A DNA stretch of 64,000 nucleotides from positions 62,001 through 126,000 of the forward strand of contig NIVC01002313.1 in NCBI GenBank assembly GCA_002269645.1. Direction: 5' to 3'. Positions 60,000 through 64,000 of this stretch are shown here, piece after piece. The position numbers and the translations under genes are program-made. Below the pieces are notes generated by a model that was not told the DNA's origin, searched no databases, and saw nothing but the letters and a program-made list of their open reading frames with translations. The stretch's first letter is position 1, and each line of letters starts with the position of its first letter. Origin of the DNA: Macrostomum lignano. Taxonomy: Eukaryota.

Positions 60000-60460
60000 G
60001 GATTACGGGGCGCCGCTATAGGATTCGGGGCGCCACCATAGATGTAGGATACGGGGCGCCACCAAAGGATACGGGGCGCCAATCTATAGGATAAAGAGCG
60101 CCATTCTATAGGATAAAGAGCGCCATTCTATATGATACAGGGCGCCACTCTGTAGATACGGTACGCCACTCTAAGATCCGGGGCGCAAATCTATAGGATA
60201 CGGGGCGCCACTCTAGTGACTCTTATAGGATATGCGGCCGCCACTTTAAAGGATGCGGGGCGCCACTCTAGAGGATACGGAGCGTTACTCTATAGGATGC
60301 GGGGTGCCACTCTATCGGATACGGGGCGCCGCTCTGTAGATATGGAGCGCCACCCTGTAGATACGGGGCGCCACTCTGTAGATACGGGGCGCCACTCTGT
60401 AGATACGGAGCGCCACTCTATCAGATGCCAGGCGCTACTTTATGGTATAGGAGGGCGCCA
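60000..60460. repeat. 21-22-bp degenerate minisatellite (GGGGCGCCACTCTGTAGATAC)
   Basis: About 20 copies downstream of the noggin-like gene. Confidence 0.9.
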
Positions 60461-60971
60461 CAATGTGACAAACTACACTATTCTGTACTATTTATACATT
60501 AAAATGAGCAAAACAAACATTCAGGCTGGTCATCACGATTTTACAGTGCAGACAACAAACTGACGAGTTTATATCTGATTAGAAGAGATCCTGTCTCCTA
60601 CTCTCCTATGCCAGCGGCGAAACCAAGACTCTGAGACATGAAATAATTTTTTTTGAAATACTGCGCTTACCAGCTACACTTTTTCTAAACACGCTTTTTC
60701 TCTGCCAGCTTTCATTAAGTATAGCTACCATGAACGCCGTTTTTAGTTCGCATTCTTATGGATAGAAAGCCCGAGGCTGCATTTATTGGTCTCGAGGCAA
60801 GCGAAGCGTGTACTCTTAAAGACTTTTTACCATAGACTATGGAGTCCTAGTTCAGAATGATAGAATTAAACAACAACTAAAGAAGCAATCGTATTCTATA
60901 TAATTCTACCAGAGACAAAGTTCCGCGGCTGAACCTCAGTTCATTCTTTTGTCTTACGGCCTTACACTACG

Positions 60972-61604
60972 GCCATTGCAATGGAGCTTTTGTCTATGGT
61001 AGCAAGGCTGGCACAGCGGCAATTAATTTGGTCCAAACGCTCGTGAGCCATTCGGCAAACTCCTATATCTCACAACCGTCTGCGGTCGTTGCGTACAATG
61101 TGGAATGTCAGCGTCTCTACCAACAACTTTCGGTCGCTTTTCCAGAGCTTTGCTGACAGCCGAAGTCTAATAACCAACTGGAACTGTTCCTTCAACTTCT
61201 GCTGCATTTTCTGCAACATCAACAAGAGTCGTCTCAATTGAAAATATAGCAGTTGGATCTGAGGCTCTCGAGCAACTTGCCTCGGCGATAGCCACCCTTT
61301 CATAGGCGACCACTGCTGCCAGTGGTTTCAACGCGCTGATGGTTGCTGTAAACCTTCTTTCCTTTTACATTCAGCAACCTAGCAATGTCCTTTAGGTGTT
61401 CACCTCTGTCAAGTGCTTCGATCGCAAGCCGATGACATTCATTCGAGTTTGACAGTCTAGCACATGGTCCACAACAGTGGGGCTGATCTCGCTCCACCAC
61501 AGCAGTTGCAAATGAAGCTATGGACCAAATTGATGCTTGTTGGACCAAATTAAATGCCGCTGTGCCAGCCTTGCTACCATAGACAGAAGCTCCGTTGCAT
61601 TGGC
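60972..61604 (-). mobile_element. Internally deleted IS630/Tc1-mariner-like DNA transposon relic with about 65-bp inverted repeats
   Basis: Inverted repeats at 60972-61036 and 61540-61604 (TGTCTATGGTAGCAAGGCTGGCACAGCGGCA[A/T]TTAATTTGGTCCAA core). The interior encodes a broken HTH-like AIEALDRGEHLKDIARLLNV..KVY...QRVETTG. No DDE domain. Confidence 0.6.
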
Positions 61605-62309
61605 AAACCTATATATTTTGGATTAAACTATATGCGCGTAAGCCCTATGGGCTGCAAAAAGCTATAATTGGTTTACTTGTACAACTCTCGAGCAACGATT
61701 AGAAAGTCGCTAGGGTGTCTAGAGTCAGCGGAATGGACAGAATTGCCTCAGCGCTGCATGGTTGCGGGTCAAGGTCGCTGAAGGCGTTGCCCCTCCTCCG
61801 AATGTCTGTTATTAAATGAATTCAACCTGTGAAGCAATCTGGCACAAAACACCAGACATGAACCCCACCTGCTTCCACTTTAGTGTCCATTAACTCACTA
61901 GCTTGGTAAAATATCCTTTACAAAATATTTCAATCAGTCAGTATTTTTTTTCTCAGATTTTAATGTATTTTTTTCATTTACCTAATCTTTAGGCAATTTC
62001 GTTGTTAGAGTCATTTTTGTTTTTAATTAGCCAGCTTTCCTCATAAAACCTCTGTCGACTGCTTTCAACACAGCTATTTTCTCAACCAAAAATATCAATA
62101 ATTCACAAAAACTGTCACATGCAGAATTTGGAAAATTATAGTTTCGCTTCTAAGTATTGTGCAAACCAGCTTTGCTTGAAAAACTGTTTTTTAACATCTG
62201 CAATCTTTATTAGCGAATATAATTATACTTATTTCGTTTCTGTACACTTCATCTTCGAATGAAAGGACTGCATCGTTATCGAAATTTATTAACTTTCATG
62301 ACACGTACG

Positions 62310-63165
62310 TCCTACCTGTTAGACACGGATGTTCTACCTGTTAGATACGGATGTCCTACCTGTTAGACACAGATGTCCTACCTGTTAGACACGGATGTCC
62401 TACCTGTTAGATACGGATGTCCTACCTGTTAGACACAGATGTCCTACCTGTTAGACACGGATGTCCTACCTGTTAGATACGGATCCCCTGTTAGACACGG
62501 ATGTTCTACCTGTTAGATACGGATGTCCTACCTCTTCCACACTGATATCCTACATGTGTACCTGTTAGACACGGATGTCCTACCTGTTAGACACGGATGT
62601 CCTACCTGTTAGATACGGATCCCCTGTTAGACACGGATGTTCTACCTGTTAGATACGGATGTCCTACCTGTTCCACACTGATGTCCTACATGTGTACCTG
62701 TTAGACACGGATGTCCTACCTGTTAGATACGGATGTCCTACCTACTGTTAGACACGAATGTCCTACCTGTTAGATACGGATCCCCTGTTAGACACGGATG
62801 TTCTACCTGTTAGATACGGATGTCCTACCTGTTAGATACGGATGTCCTACCTGTTCCACACTGATGTCCTACATGTGTACCTGTTAGACACGGATGTCCT
62901 ACCTGTTAGACACGGATGTCCTACCTGTTAGACACGGATTTCCTACCTGTTAGACACGGATGTCCTACCTGTTAGATACGGATCCCCTGTTAGACACGGA
63001 TGTTCTACCTGTTAGATACGGATGTCGTACCTGTTCCACACTGATGTCCTACATGTGTACCTGTTAGACACGGATGTCCTACCTGTTAGATACGGATCCC
63101 CTGTTAGACACAGATTTCCCACCCGCTAAATGTTCGACCGACCTGTTAAACACGGATGTCCCACA
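62310..63165. repeat. 22-bp minisatellite (ACGGATGTCCTACCTGTTAGA[C/T])
   Basis: Unit spacing of 22, with recurrent shortened variants (GGATCCCCTG). Confidence 0.95.
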
Positions 63166-64000
63166 GCCAGTTTTTGTTTATCGTCTAGCAGGCCATTTTT
63201 ATTTGAATTCGTTTATCAATCAAGGAATCAAAATCTTTAAAATGGATTAAAAATACGAGCTAGTTGCTTTGAATTTTTAGCTCATTTTCAAGTCACCAAC
63301 AGCATTTGACGCAAGTCAGCATCGATTCCAATCCGCAACGCGAAGTTTGCTTTTTTGTTGCTGTTAAGACCCGCGCGAAGGCGTCATTGTTCGCCATAAA
63401 TTTTCTTCTTTTACGCGCGGACACACGAGACTTGAAAACAATACGTGCCTCTCTCTGGGACCCGGCCGTTCCCCTGATAATTCATGTATTTCCTGTAGCT
63501 ACTTTTGATAGTTTCGCAACAAAATGAACTGCCAAGCTAACAACTTCCAGACGGCAGTTGGCAAAGTCTGCGTCACACCAGGGACGCATAGATTTCTCTG
63601 CTTGGAATTCTTCGTGTTACCCAGTCTTCGGGAAGCTAGCACCGCAAAGGAATGATCCCTTTCGCGTAAGATGAACTGCCAGTGTGTGCAGTCTGTAGCT
63701 GCAACCGGGACTTGTGGCTTCAACAAGATACGGACAATTCAGCTTTGCCAACAGCCGCAGCGAAGTGCGAGGCGGTTACAGGCGCAGGCGAGGCCTCAGA
63801 AATGCCTGCAACAGTCCTTTCAGGTAAATCAGATCCCGGTAGAAGCTTTACAATTCTTTAGCGACAAGCGTCTTGCATTAGAGACTGCGGGTCTGTATGC
63901 TATGCAATCGCGCGATGCTGGGCGATCCGAGAAAAAGTAAGTTAACAAAAATCTGTCGCCCACACACAGAGTTGGAAAACAGCTGCAAGTCCTAGGGCGA

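Noticed and set aside
63300-63940. Short ORFs at the window end
   Set aside because: No recognisable motif or consistent splice model.

Overview
Eukaryotic (invertebrate metazoan) genomic DNA with GC-rich exons and introns and intergenic spaces packed with locus-specific minisatellites. The style resembles a Macrostomum-type flatworm, but this is inference only. Genes reconstructed by hand from splice sites and reading phase: a 7-exon ammonium transporter (Amt, minus strand, one 1-nt frameshift in a G run); a 2-exon secreted PAN/Apple + C-type lectin protein; a complete 6-exon WWOX orthologue; an intronless clan-2 cytochrome P450; a 2-exon, 96-aa secreted peptide with 10 Cys; a tandem pair of 4-exon secreted proteins (about 540 aa) with an unrecognised N-terminal domain, a candidate amphipathic hairpin and an ApeC-like C-terminus; and a single-exon noggin-like gene with a very basic insertion. 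Mobile DNA: a young Ty3/gypsy element with apparently identical LTRs, a 5-bp TSD and an in-frame deletion of RT/RNase H; a decayed RTE-type LINE; a tRNA-derived CORE-like SINE; a tRNA-like relic; an IS630/Tc1-like relic with TIRs; and MITE-like elements. About 20 distinct tandem arrays are present, many with 20-23 bp units. No CRISPR, rRNA or intact tRNA was seen. Most long ORFs in the supplied track are translations of repeats.
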